A DNA stretch of 63,953 nucleotides, filler included, from Bonamia ostreae (Eukaryota): assembly GCA_040357525.1 (NCBI GenBank). It is 57 parts of 57 records of this genome, joined end to end, with 100 filler letters (N's around TTAATTAATTAA, not from the genome) between each part and the next. Parts side by side here need not be neighbours in the genome. Positions count along the whole stretch, not along the records: positions 38,292 to 39,312 come from JBDODL010003005.1; positions 39,413 to 40,433 come from JBDODL010003006.1; positions 40,534 to 41,554 come from JBDODL010003007.1; positions 41,655 to 42,675 come from JBDODL010003008.1; positions 42,776 to 43,796 come from JBDODL010003009.1; positions 43,897 to 44,917 come from JBDODL010003010.1; positions 45,018 to 46,038 come from JBDODL010003011.1; positions 46,139 to 47,159 come from JBDODL010003012.1; 49 more parts are not named here. One strand, 5' to 3'. Below, piece after piece: positions 39,038 through 50,465 of this stretch. How positions within the stretch are numbered: position 1 is the stretch's first letter; each line of letters starts with the position of its first letter. A program made the translations under genes and the position numbers. The notes beneath the pieces were generated by a model, which was given only the letters and a program-made list of their open reading frames with translations, ran no database searches and was not told the origin of the DNA.

Positions 39038-39885
39038 GTAGATATACTGCACATGTGCAATATTAACATTCAGCATTTCATTAATGATACGAATTAGAAA
39101 GGAAAGAGAAGAGACAGAAAAGGATATATATTACCAACTGACAATTAACATTGTTAATTTCGTTTCTTATAAAGTTTGACAATTCCATTTATTCTATGCA
39201 TATCTTTGCGATGTATATCTCTCGTTTAGTATGCCTTAACTTTATTCAACATATTTCCAATAAAAGCACTTTATACGCTTTATACGTTCAAATAAAATCA
39301 TTGTATTAAGTTNNNNNNNNNNNNNNNNNNNNNNNNNNNNNNNNNNNNNNNNNNNNTTAATTAATTAANNNNNNNNNNNNNNNNNNNNNNNNNNNNNNNN
39401 NNNNNNNNNNNNTTCTGTCCAATTAGATTTCATTGTTCTAGTAAAACAATCCAGGTTTTTACTCTGTCAGTTCAAATGACTGAGAGTCTTCTAACGTTTG
39501 GACAACTCCTTTACAGTCTGCTGTAATATAACTAAAATATAGCTGACAAACCTATTTATAAACCCAAAACACTGAATCATTTTCCTAATATATATTTAGA
39601 TATGACAATTGAAATATTCCATTTTTAGACAAGAAAAGACAAGTGGACCAAAAAGGTGGTATATATACACCAGAGGATGCTGCAAAATCACAGATATGTA
39701 CATGATAGTGACGACTGGTTCACCACAGCTAATTTTCTCAACGAGGATTATCATAAGATTGGATCAAGGCAAGAAATACTTGCGATGATGAGGTCGTGAA
39801 CCTTGCCAAACTTTCTCTAATTCAAAATGTTGATTTACAGTATTCTGATGAACATTATTTTCTGAAGTATTTTTCCCCCTTTAAG

Positions 39886-40078
39886 ATGATTGAATTAGTT
39901 CCGGGTACCAATGTATGTATTCCCTTTGTCAGAAAAGCTACAATATTTTCATCAGTCACGTCAAGAGGGGATTTAGCCGGTAGGCTATTGCGATGCTTCT
40001 ACAACAAGGAGGAGATTACCAAGGCAGTTTCTTTAACTTTTTTACCAATGTACAAAGAAATCATACCAGCAATTATAG
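39886..40078 (+). CDS. Host exon with a BEN-domain-like segment
   Basis: AG/GT-bounded exon encoding ELVPGTNVCI...DLAGRLLRCFYNKEEI...IIPAII. Confidence 0.45.
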
Positions 40079-41759
40079 GTAATCAATAATACACTTATTA
40101 CTTATTGTGGTGTAATTGTACAGCTTTAGGAAATCATTGGGATTGTGTGTGTATGTGTGTAATTTGGGTTGGTTATGCAGTTGCACTGGTTTCAATAAAT
40201 TAATATACATTGTATTTTATTCAAGGTAAATATTACACAAACATTGAAAACAACTATATGCATGTATATGTATTGAGCATACAAGATTTAAGACTTTTTT
40301 CATTCTACCCGATATATTGTAGCTTGTTGTGTGCGATATTCGCCTAAAGATGGTCGTAGTATCTCCTCGCTTCCTGGTAATTGTTCAAAAGCCAATGGTT
40401 TAAGGTAGACCTGATAATGATATAATTGCTTTANNNNNNNNNNNNNNNNNNNNNNNNNNNNNNNNNNNNNNNNNNNNTTAATTAATTAANNNNNNNNNNN
40501 NNNNNNNNNNNNNNNNNNNNNNNNNNNNNNNNNCAAAAAATTAAAAAATAAATTATTTGAGATCTACAAATCTAAAAAATACAACTCCAATAAATCATGT
40601 TTAGAAATGTTTAAAATTCTAAAACGACAATGTTCGAAAATGGAGCATCGACATACCACCCACAAAGACTGAAATGGAAAGTTGGAGAGATTTAAGTCTT
40701 TATTGAAAAAATATTAAAAATCCAAATACAAAAAATGGCAAATATTAAAATTAAAATATTAAAAAAATTGACAAAACATTAAAATGAAAAACTTGAGCGC
40801 AAGTTAAAGAGTTTTCGTTGTTTTGTTCTCTTAACAAAGAAGCAAAATATTTAAATTTTGCAATGTAATTTTTCCTTCTTGCCGCGTAGACTCGTTTTTG
40901 TTGTTTCATAAATGTTATTCGTTTTATTGTTTCATCCAAAATTACTATTTTGTCTTTTCTTTTGTTAGTCGTTATAACCATTTTCAAATTTTATTAATAA
41001 TTTTTGTTGCTTTAAATTGTTAATAATGTTTTGTTCTTATATTGTAAAATATTTTTTTGGTTCTTTTTATAAAAAAAAATATTTTTTTTTCGTTTTTAAA
41101 ATTTAATAGTTTTTTTCATGTTGTAAAATAATTTTTTATGTTCATAAAATCAGAAAATTTTTATCTACAAACTTTTTGAGATGTAAAAGATTTTTGAGTT
41201 CTTCATATTGAAACGAAATATTAATTCTGTTCTGTTTTTCTTTGTATCTTTTTATTATTTTTGAGTTCTCCGTCATATATTATTATTTTTGTTTTCAAGC
41301 TTGCATGTCTCTTTTAACCTTTTAACTTAAATTTTTTGAGAATCGTTTATTGGTTTATTATATAAAGAAGGGTTTGTTAATTTTGTTAATAATTTTTCGC
41401 AAACATTTTTGTTTTGAATTTATCATTTGAGCAAATCTCAAAAAACATTTTTATAATTATTTTGCAAAATCAAACTTTCACATTTTCCAAAAACGCCAAA
41501 ATAATTTTTCGCAAACATTTTTGTTTTGAATTTATCATTTGAGCAAATCTCAAANNNNNNNNNNNNNNNNNNNNNNNNNNNNNNNNNNNNNNNNNNNNTT
41601 AATTAATTAANNNNNNNNNNNNNNNNNNNNNNNNNNNNNNNNNNNNNNNNNNNNTTAAGAATTATTCGCTTGATTGATACCAAACCTAGTGAACGGCAGC
41701 GGCGGCGGCGTCATCATCTCTTTCACTGCCTCTCGCGGTGGCATCTCCAATATTCCGTG

Positions 41760-42113
41760 CACGTTTTAAAACTAAAGGTTGGGGACATGGTAAGTATTTC
41801 TCATTTACAACGTGCGTTTGATAGAGAATACAACGAGCGCTGGACTTACGAATACTTCATTGTATCTTTTAGAGGAATGAAACAAGGACTGTCCTATTAT
41901 ACGCTAAAAGACGTGGAAGGTGAAAGGGTCGACGGAATATTTTATCAGCCAGAATTATCTGAAGTAAATATTACAGACGAGACGAAATTTCGGGTCGAAA
42001 ATGTGCTTATACGTAGAAAGGACCAAGTATTGGTCAAATAGTGGGGGTAGTCCAAAAAAATCAATGGTTGGATCCCGAAAGCAGACGTTCAACATTATGG
42101 TAAAAAAGCATAA
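41760..42113 (+). pseudogene. Polinton/Maverick integrase C-terminus with chromodomain, disrupted by stops
   Basis: LKVGDMVSIS...FDREYNERWTYEYFIV...YTLKD..GE..DGIFYQPEL...FRVENVL...VLVK*WG*SKKINGWIP matches the F.K.Y...W+.E.F / G.FY..EL / VKW.G+P..FNSWI pattern of Polinton integrases. Confidence 0.8.
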
Positions 42114-42161
42114 GAGAGGGCACCGTGATCTGGGGTTTTGACGCCAGAGAAGAAAGTTAAG

Positions 42162-42616
42162 ATGCATCATTATTTCTTTTTGTGCAGTGACGATTCATCA
42201 ACGCAAAATCCTTGCAATACCCCGGATGATTTTACCGTGAGTCTGCCGAAAACGTACTCTTTAAAAGGTGAATGGGAGTGTGCCTTAGTAGAACTTTCAA
42301 TGAATTTATCTTATCATCAGCGTTTACACATATGTTCTGACATTATTGAAGATTCGTGTATAACGGGACAACATATCCTGTGCTCAGAAGTATTCCCTCC
42401 GTAGAGGATGACCAAAACAGAGTGAGAATGGACAAGTGGTCTGCCTCTGTAAGGGTACATCTGCAATTCATCCGTCCTTATGCCTTTCCATTACGTAAGA
42501 AGGAAATTGATCGCATACGAATATTTATAAGAGACAGAGAGTTACAATCTGCTTCACCAATTACCGGGATGGTGAATTGCGTGCTGCTACTGAGAAAGAA
42601 AAAATGGGATCAATAG
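42162..42616 (+). pseudogene. Polinton/adintovirus-type minor capsid (penton) protein, frameshifted near 42356
   Basis: YFFLCSDDS...PCNTPDDFTVSLPKTYSLKGEWECALVELS...HICSDIIEDS, then in another frame YPVLRSIP...PYAFPLRKKEIDRIRIFIRD...CVLLLRK. It lies directly after the integrase. Confidence 0.75.
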
Positions 42617-42955
42617 AAGTGTACGACGCGGTGCAGGGAAAGTCACAGACTCCAAACTACATAGGGAAAAGTGCCNNNNNNNNNNNNNNNNNNNNNNNNN
42701 NNNNNNNNNNNNNNNNNNNTTAATTAATTAANNNNNNNNNNNNNNNNNNNNNNNNNNNNNNNNNNNNNNNNNNNNTCTCATAACTTCCATCAGCATAAAA
42801 TATGATAATTTGCCCTATGCAGACTGTACCGTTATTGTAAAAAAAAAACCTTGAAAATCATAAATTTTATGTAAATGTTTACCAGGCGCATTGGAAGCTT
42901 CAGGGTGAAGAAACATTTCAATTAATTTCTTTTCAAAGGAACTATAACTTGACAG

Positions 42956-43138
42956 ACACAAATCCCAAAGAATTGAAACTGATTGCATTGTTTGACGAAG
43001 TGAAATCAATTCTTGAAAGTGAGGAATTTGACGAAAATTTGCGGCAGGGACTAAATGCATCGAATCCATGTCATTTGGAAATAATAGAAAAAAGAAAGAA
43101 AGATCTTTTACAATCAGATCATGGAATTGTGATTGCAG
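42956..43138 (+). CDS. Host exon preceding the P-loop of a dynamin-like GTPase domain
   Basis: The AG/GT-bounded exon ends LQSDHGIVIA-G, the typical lead-in to GETSAGKS in mollusc-expanded dynamin-N proteins. The P-loop itself is not in the contig. Confidence 0.5.
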
Positions 43139-45261
43139 GTAAACATTCTATATATTTTTGAGTTTGAATATTAGGTACATTTCTCTGTTGGTTGCCCTTT
43201 GTGTAAGTTTATATATGATATTTGAGATCAATCTTTGTTATTTTCTCCTAGTTTATGTACAACGAATTATGCGCTATAGGTTATCATCCTAGATAATAAA
43301 GCAGTACAAAATTAAAGGTAGGGCAAATACGAACCCCAGGACACACCAGATATGCTCTAAGAGGAGCAAACATATGTTAACCAGTCACACCTATCATATG
43401 TCCCAGCAGGTAAATATATGTAACCAGTGGGTTTGAATTAGGCATATCTGATGGTGTTAGGCTTTCTCCATCGTCGCAATCCATGGCTGAAACGTATCCC
43501 CCTTTCCCTTTCACCCGTGACTCTCTGTGTGACAATTTTTTCGTTTCTCACAAGTATGCATGGCGTGATTCGGCCAATCACTCAAGTTCCAAGTAAAAGT
43601 TAGTTGAAGATTTAAACTGCTTATATAATGTGAGTATTTTACTTTTGACAAATTAGAACGCTTGTTCTTTCACTAATTCGGTAAACTAACGAACGCAGAA
43701 TCCGTATTTATAGATTGATGACGACAAGTTTTGTGTATTGGTACTACCCCACCCCTTTGGAACAAGTGGGTATATATAAGAAATAAACCGTGAAACNNNN
43801 NNNNNNNNNNNNNNNNNNNNNNNNNNNNNNNNNNNNNNNNTTAATTAATTAANNNNNNNNNNNNNNNNNNNNNNNNNNNNNNNNNNNNNNNNNNNNTATA
43901 TGCTACAGTTTTACGTTGGATACAAGATAAGGGTATTCTGTAAAATTAAGGGGCTTGACGCCTGTCATGTTGTGTTTATATATCATTAAGATAAGTGAAC
44001 TTTATAAATCGTAATAAAGAACTTGGATAGAATTTTAGTGCAAAGTATTTTGCGAAATACCTGTGTTTTAGCGTTGGGAATGAGACCTTATTGCAGCTTC
44101 CTGCAGACCCTAAAATCCTACGTCCTTAAAAATCTTCCCAAGAAATGAACGAACATGATTTATCATATATAAAAAAAATCTTCAGATAGTGCAAATACAG
44201 CATGTTACCTACTCTTAATAATTAAAACAGGTTATTTTTAATCAATTTGTTCACGTTATTTTATGTCAACTTCTGTCCACGTCACACATATTTCTGCTCG
44301 TGCACAAAAACAAAACACCGATGTTTCTTTCATTTTAAACCTTGTTTGATTTGGAAAAGTATTCAATGTCTTCGGGGGAGTGGAAAAATAATCAATTTGT
44401 CGATAAAAATTAACCTCAAAATGTAAAAACATATAACACCTCATGATCACAAGTAAAATCCTCCTAAGCTCCGTCTGCCACCATTAACATCGATCGGAGT
44501 CGGCGCACTACATCTTCTTTTACATCATGGACTCCCAGAATGCTCTATATATCGGCGGAAAATACAAAACAGCGAAAATTTCAGATGCAAACAATGAAGA
44601 CGTAAGATCGGAAAATAATGATAGCATATAATTCTTAAAAACTGTAGATATTTGTGTAAAATATTCGTTTTTGTTATATTTCTAATAGCATGTTTGCAAT
44701 TTGCCCCTGACAGATTAAAGGAATTTCATGTTTTGACTTGTGAATGTGCAAGCTTCACATTCTCGTTCTTAGCTTTATTAGTACCTGGCATTAGAGTTAA
44801 ACTCCTGTGAGTTTTAAAGATGTCGCTTGCATTGTAACAAACTCTGTACTTTTTGTTTTCACAATTGACGAAGATCGGAGAACAGGCAGTGGTAACATTT
44901 GTGCCAACAGGGTATTTNNNNNNNNNNNNNNNNNNNNNNNNNNNNNNNNNNNNNNNNNNNNTTAATTAATTAANNNNNNNNNNNNNNNNNNNNNNNNNNN
45001 NNNNNNNNNNNNNNNNNTTTAGAGAATGAGCTTCCATATTAAATAGATTGTTTATTTTTAAATTCAAGAGACATTTTGTTTCCAATAAAACAATTTTAAA
45101 AACATAAAATCATTACTAAAAAATAATCAAACTGACCTGCAATAAAATTCATATAACAAAAAATGAAAATCCGTCAGCTAATTTAAAAAGCTAAATAAAA
45201 GTAAGCTCTTGAAATATTGAAAACATAACAAAATAGATATAATATTAAAGCTAACTTTGCC

Positions 45262-46029
45262 ATGATCGATCTCAAGAAAATTACTCTTGTTAACGAAAAT
45301 CAGATCAAATATCGAGATCCATTCTTGTTACATTTGGAACTCCATTGTTACGAACCTGGATTGCCCCCCAATTCAAGTCATTCTTAAAATCTGTCGAAAC
45401 ACAATTTTACTAAAAAAGACATTAAATTTTACAAAAATTCAATTTTTTAGCAATAAAAAATCACTTATTAAAATCGACAAAAATTTAGCGATTATTTTCG
45501 ACATTTCCTTTGTTAGTCCATCTAACGAAAAGGAATTCGAGCAGAAATTGGGTAAATTTGAGATCGGTTCGATTAGAACTGGTTTCAACACTTTCGATTT
45601 GAAAGTCGAAGGTCCTGATCATTCCATTGTTCCAGAAGTTGATCGTTTTGACATTAGCGCGCTAATCATCTCTTGCTCTTATCTTGACCAAGTTAAAATT
45701 GTAATTCGATTTTGCTCAAAATTTAAAATCCAATTTTCTAAAAATCGAATTTTTTGCGAAAATTAAAAATTTAGGAATTTGTAAGAGTTGGATATTTTGT
45801 TTCGTTTTATGTCGCAGAAGAGATGAAAGAACAAATCGAAACAATGGAAAAAATATCTGTTGAAGATGTCAGAAGAAAGATTTTGGAAAATGACGTTCGC
45901 GTGACAAGATTTTCAATTGATTGGAACAAAAGCAAATTGGCCAATTCGGAAAAATTGGACAACGCTAAAAGTTTTGATGGCAAATTAGGTGAAAATTCAA
46001 ATTTGGTGAACAATATGGAAGACGAGTAA
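45262..46029 (+). CDS. ASF1: Histone chaperone ASF1, complete; exons 45262-45376, 45489-45691, 45775-46029
   Basis: The spliced protein has DPFLLHLELHC, SALIISCSYLDQ|EFVRVGYFV and RRKILENDVRVTRFSIDW. Introns of 112 and 83 nt are phase-compatible. Confidence 0.9.
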
Positions 46030-46447
46030 AGCATTAAANNNNNNNNNNNNNNNNNNNNNNNNNNNNNNNNNNNNNNNNNNNNTTAATTAATTAANNNNNN
46101 NNNNNNNNNNNNNNNNNNNNNNNNNNNNNNNNNNNNNNATACCAAATATTGTAGGTTGAACCAGGTTCCTCCTTTTGAGGCAAAGGTCCATCTATCTGAA
46201 TTCTAGCTTTTTGCAGCAAAGGATTATGAGCCATTTTTAAAGCTCTTCACAGTATATTTAAAATTTTTATATATGAACAAACTGTAAAAATTTACTAAAT
46301 CAATTGTTTTTAGCCAAATCTGTTTTTTTCTCTTTTGATATCCCGTCTGGTTTACTTATATCGCAAGGCAATTTTCCTTAATTTTAAATTTTTTGCAAAA
46401 CTAAATTTTACTAAACGTCAGAAAACGATAATAAAAAGTAAATTTTA

Positions 46448-46927
46448 CTAAAAGTCAGAAAAACTTGGATTCTTCTGATTTGCAGAATTCAAAAAACTAT
46501 TTTGAAGAAATTGTCCTAAAGTTTTGTCTTCGTCAATTTGTCTATTTCTAAATTTTAAATTTCCGTTAAATTTTAAATTTCTGTTTTCTTTGTTGAACAT
46601 CTCTGTCGGCTTCAAATTGACTGATTTTCTAGACATAAAATTATTTATTCCGTTTTTAGCCGAAATCGGGAAATTGGGGCGTTGCAGCAAATTCAAATTT
46701 TGCCCTTTTGGTAGAAATGTCTTTTTCTCAAATTGCCCAGTTAAGATCGAATTTCCGAATTTCTGACTTAAGGACGTTTTATTATTGGCGATTTGCATTT
46801 TATTTTGCAGTCGAAAGTCCATTTTGGCGTTATAAAATGGCAGTCGATTGGATTGAGCGCTGTTCTTTTGAATGTTTTTCTGCGTTTTCGTGTGGACATT
46901 TTCGATTGAAATTGGACGGCCCATCAA
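46448..46927 (-). CDS. Hypothetical N/K/Q-rich protist protein, internal exon
   Basis: 159-aa ORF in a protist-like contig with no recognisable domain. Confidence 0.4.
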   Translation of the reverse strand: MMGRPISIENVHTKTQKNIQKNSAQSNRLPFYNAKMDFRLQNKMQIANNKTSLSQKFGNSILTGQFEKKTFLPKGQNLNLLQRPNFPISAKNGINNFMSRKSVNLKPTEMFNKENRNLKFNGNLKFRNRQIDEDKTLGQFLQNSFLNSANQKNPSFSDF

Positions 46928-47025
46928 TAAGGAGTGCTTTGGTGTGCTGAAATTTGGTTTTATCGCGTTTATATTTGATTGTGCTGCGAAACGACTGTTT
47001 TAATATTTTCGGTAAAACAGTTTTA

Positions 47026-47159
47026 AAAAGTTGCAATTTTCAAATTGGAAAAACAGTTCAAAATTTTAAAGTTTGAACAAAAAGTTGCAATTTTCAAATT
47101 TGGAAAAACAGTTCAAAATTTTAAAGTTTGAACAAAAAGTTGCAATTTTCAAATTTGGA
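47026..47159. repeat. Tandem repeat, unit about 53-54 bp, about 2.5 copies, cut by the contig end
   Basis: AAAAAGTTGCAATTTTCAAAT(T)TGGAAAAACAGTTCAAAATTTTAAAGTTTGAAC is repeated. Confidence 0.9.
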
Positions 47160-47299
47160 NNNNNNNNNNNNNNNNNNNNNNNNNNNNNNNNNNNNNNNNN
47201 NNNTTAATTAATTAANNNNNNNNNNNNNNNNNNNNNNNNNNNNNNNNNNNNNNNNNNNNGGACCGAAAACCCTTGAACATATTGAACTATGTATATCAA

Positions 47300-47760
47300 T
47301 CATTTCCTCAGACTTATTTTCACTCTTGTCCAAGAGATCAATAATGACAAAGTAGCATTGAGGTTCGGATGGTTAATGCATTGTGGAATACATGATTTAT
47401 ACTTAATAAGACTGTCCTCATACTTAGCAAGGACTTGCGCATGCATAATGTGATGAATAAAATTATTATTAAGAACCACAGACTTCTCTAAGGTAGGAAT
47501 AAATACACTGTTGTTCACTTGACTAATGCCGGCAATGGGATGTATGTCATTATGAGTAGGTTCTACAGCTTGTTTTTCTAGTGCTACTAGCAAAACACAG
47601 TACCAGATTTGTCTCTTCCTATCAACACTCATTTGAAATGGACTTCGTGTTATATCAATATTGTCTACAATGATGTAACTGGACTTACTTTTTGGCATTT
47701 GGTATTCACCCTTATCTGGTGCATCACCCTTGAACAGGCTTTCAATACGTTGCTGTTGTC
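47300..47760 (-). pseudogene. DUF6589-like fragment, probably transposon-derived and decayed (host)
   Basis: YIIVDNIDI...QMSVDRKRQIWY...P...VFIPTLE...LNNNF...VLAKY...IPQCINHP resembles the GDN.D..V..R.M..D..N.S.H / FLPS / VP.HI.H pattern of this family. Confidence 0.5.
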
Positions 47761-50241
47761 TGCTGTTTCTAATTAACTGATTATGACCCCAATTTTGACA
47801 AAGTATCAATTCTCTACAAAATATGACATTTATAGTAATGTAAGGTAGCAAGAAAAGGACTTGCTGTATTCCAAACATTAATTCAGAAAATTTAGGTACT
47901 GGCTGTCTTTTAACATTTCCGTTTTTTAATACTGTCATAAATATTTCTTATGGGGGAAAATCTAAAATTGATGTTGAAGCTTGAATCATTTCACATATGA
48001 ACACAAAATTATTTAGTTAAACAATACTAAATATATAGTTGACAACCAAACGTAAACATATAGCAGGTAAAGCAATATATGTACTTTTTTAGTTTTGTTA
48101 TTTATGTAGACATTTCACATGCATACCTCATCGGTGGGTCCACCATGGTCTAAAACTTCGCCAGTAACATGCTGAAAAGCAGACGTAGGTGTTTGCAGAC
48201 TTAAGTGCTGTACATAACGCAACAGCAGTACCTATAGATGTGTTGTTGGCCACCGTTGACATGAACTGATGAAATAAAGGNNNNNNNNNNNNNNNNNNNN
48301 NNNNNNNNNNNNNNNNNNNNNNNNTTAATTAATTAANNNNNNNNNNNNNNNNNNNNNNNNNNNNNNNNNNNNNNNNNNNNGTTTCTATTTCACTGAGTGA
48401 CAGCCAGTCTTAAGCCAACAAGAATTTCGCAGATTTCACTTTACATACACCGTTCCTTTCTCATACCTTTTATCACTTGAATAATGTTGAAATTTGAATT
48501 ACTAACTATACTGTGATACTAAGTGAAATGTTTCTTCACGAGTAACTGAAACTATTTATATTTTTCACCCACAAAAAATACAGGAAAAATAAACACGTCA
48601 TTTATTTCATATAAAATAGCACAAAGGAAACTTAACAAGTTTAGAATAAACACATATGAAGAGTCCATAGATATTGTGCAGTATATAGATATAGAAACAA
48701 TTCACATCACTTCCTGGTTTGAACACTTGAAGCTCAGTATGAAGCTGGTTGAGGTAAGTATTATCCACAGGCGTTCATTATGATGGTATTGTTGGGACAC
48801 TAGAAGCAAAAGGAGAAAACCTCCTATCTAAAAATACAGAAACACAATACTGTAGAACGCACATTCGTATACATAACATGAAAACATTCAGGTTTCTTCA
48901 TTTAGCTGCAAACCATGCAGCAATATCACAGTGGGATTTCTATTATTTTCACATCATTCAAAATTTAGCAGAAATTCATGTTGACTGGATGCAGTACTGT
49001 AAATGGATATTCAAAATATGTGAATTACTCAGATTTCTTTTTATCAAGTCAGTGCCTGCTGCTAAGTGGATTATTTAAAGTTCATAAAACTCACACTACA
49101 TGATTTCTTGTGGTTGCTCACATGATTTGAAAAATTGGGAGATATCCTGTTCTTTGAAAATCAACATTCTTGTTGACATCAAACACATATTAAATGTCCT
49201 GAACATACATTGTGAGAATATTGCAGTAGGACTGTCAGTAAATTTCTGTATCTATCTAAAAAGATGGACCATTTTCAGTTAGAGTGGCTATAAAAAGAAT
49301 CTCCAAGTTTACATTTTCTTTAATACATATGATGAGGAAAATACTATGTAAATGTAGAGCATTGAAATTGATCTACATACAGAGCTGCACAAAATTTTAC
49401 TNNNNNNNNNNNNNNNNNNNNNNNNNNNNNNNNNNNNNNNNNNNNTTAATTAATTAANNNNNNNNNNNNNNNNNNNNNNNNNNNNNNNNNNNNNNNNNNN
49501 NAACAAAAGATATTATACTGGTTGGTTTAGCAATTGATATTTTTTTCTTGATATTTGTATTGGCGTCTTGGTGCAGATGCACTAAACGCGGTGCATCATG
49601 AAATCTGTAATATTTTGAATGTGCCATGGTGAATGGTCGTGAAATTTTCTGTTAACATGTATGTATCCTAATTCTGAAATTACCACTTTGTGCTATACAT
49701 TGAATACCTTAACATTTATCAACTAATATCGTCACTTTACTTACCTTAAAATATTTTAAATCATCTTAATCACCCTCGTAAAATCAAAGGTTTGAAATTG
49801 GTCTCCTATGTACTTCCATATGTGCTTGTAAGTCATATATTGGTATTTGGTAACATGACAAAGTAAACAATTGTAAACGACATTTCACATGTTTATACAG
49901 CACGTTCGTTACTTTTACTTTTTCATTAACAACAAACACCAGTTCATCTCGATTTCAACTGTTATCCTTAAAAAAAATGATGACAACCCATCTCATTTTT
50001 TAAGTTGTTCTTGATTTATTTTCAATAAAAAAAACACAGTGAAATTTCACACCCACTTTCATTAATTTTCATTAATTTTCTCCTTCAAATATGGTCTGAC
50101 AACGTGTACCCTGCCACTGATCTGTCGAAAACGTGTACCCTGTCATTGATATGTAGGAAACGTAGTATTGTACATGTATACACGTGAGAATATAGCGAAT
50201 TTTATAACGACATTATCCAACAGCGTTTTCATTTTGAAGGT

Positions 50242-50465
50242 GAATTAAAAGACCAGCGAAGGTCTGTAGTAAATAGCATTCCTGAGAGAGAACGCTGACT
50301 GTGTGGGTGTTTTGTCCACGGGATATGGCAAAAGTATGTTTCAATAATCATGCCCCCCCCCCCTTTCATCTTGGACTTTAATTCCAACAATAAGCATATC
50401 CGTAGCGTATCATTGAAAATGTTTATGCCTGATCAATACCAGCATAATTGAAGACATGCCATATT
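50242..50465 (+). pseudogene. RecQ-like helicase remnant (Walker A region)
   Basis: ELKDQ..., then a frameshifted DCVGVLSTGYGKSMF and VSLKMFMPDQ, match LK..Q / D+..LPTG.GKS / SPL..LM.DQ. Stops are present. Confidence 0.55.
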
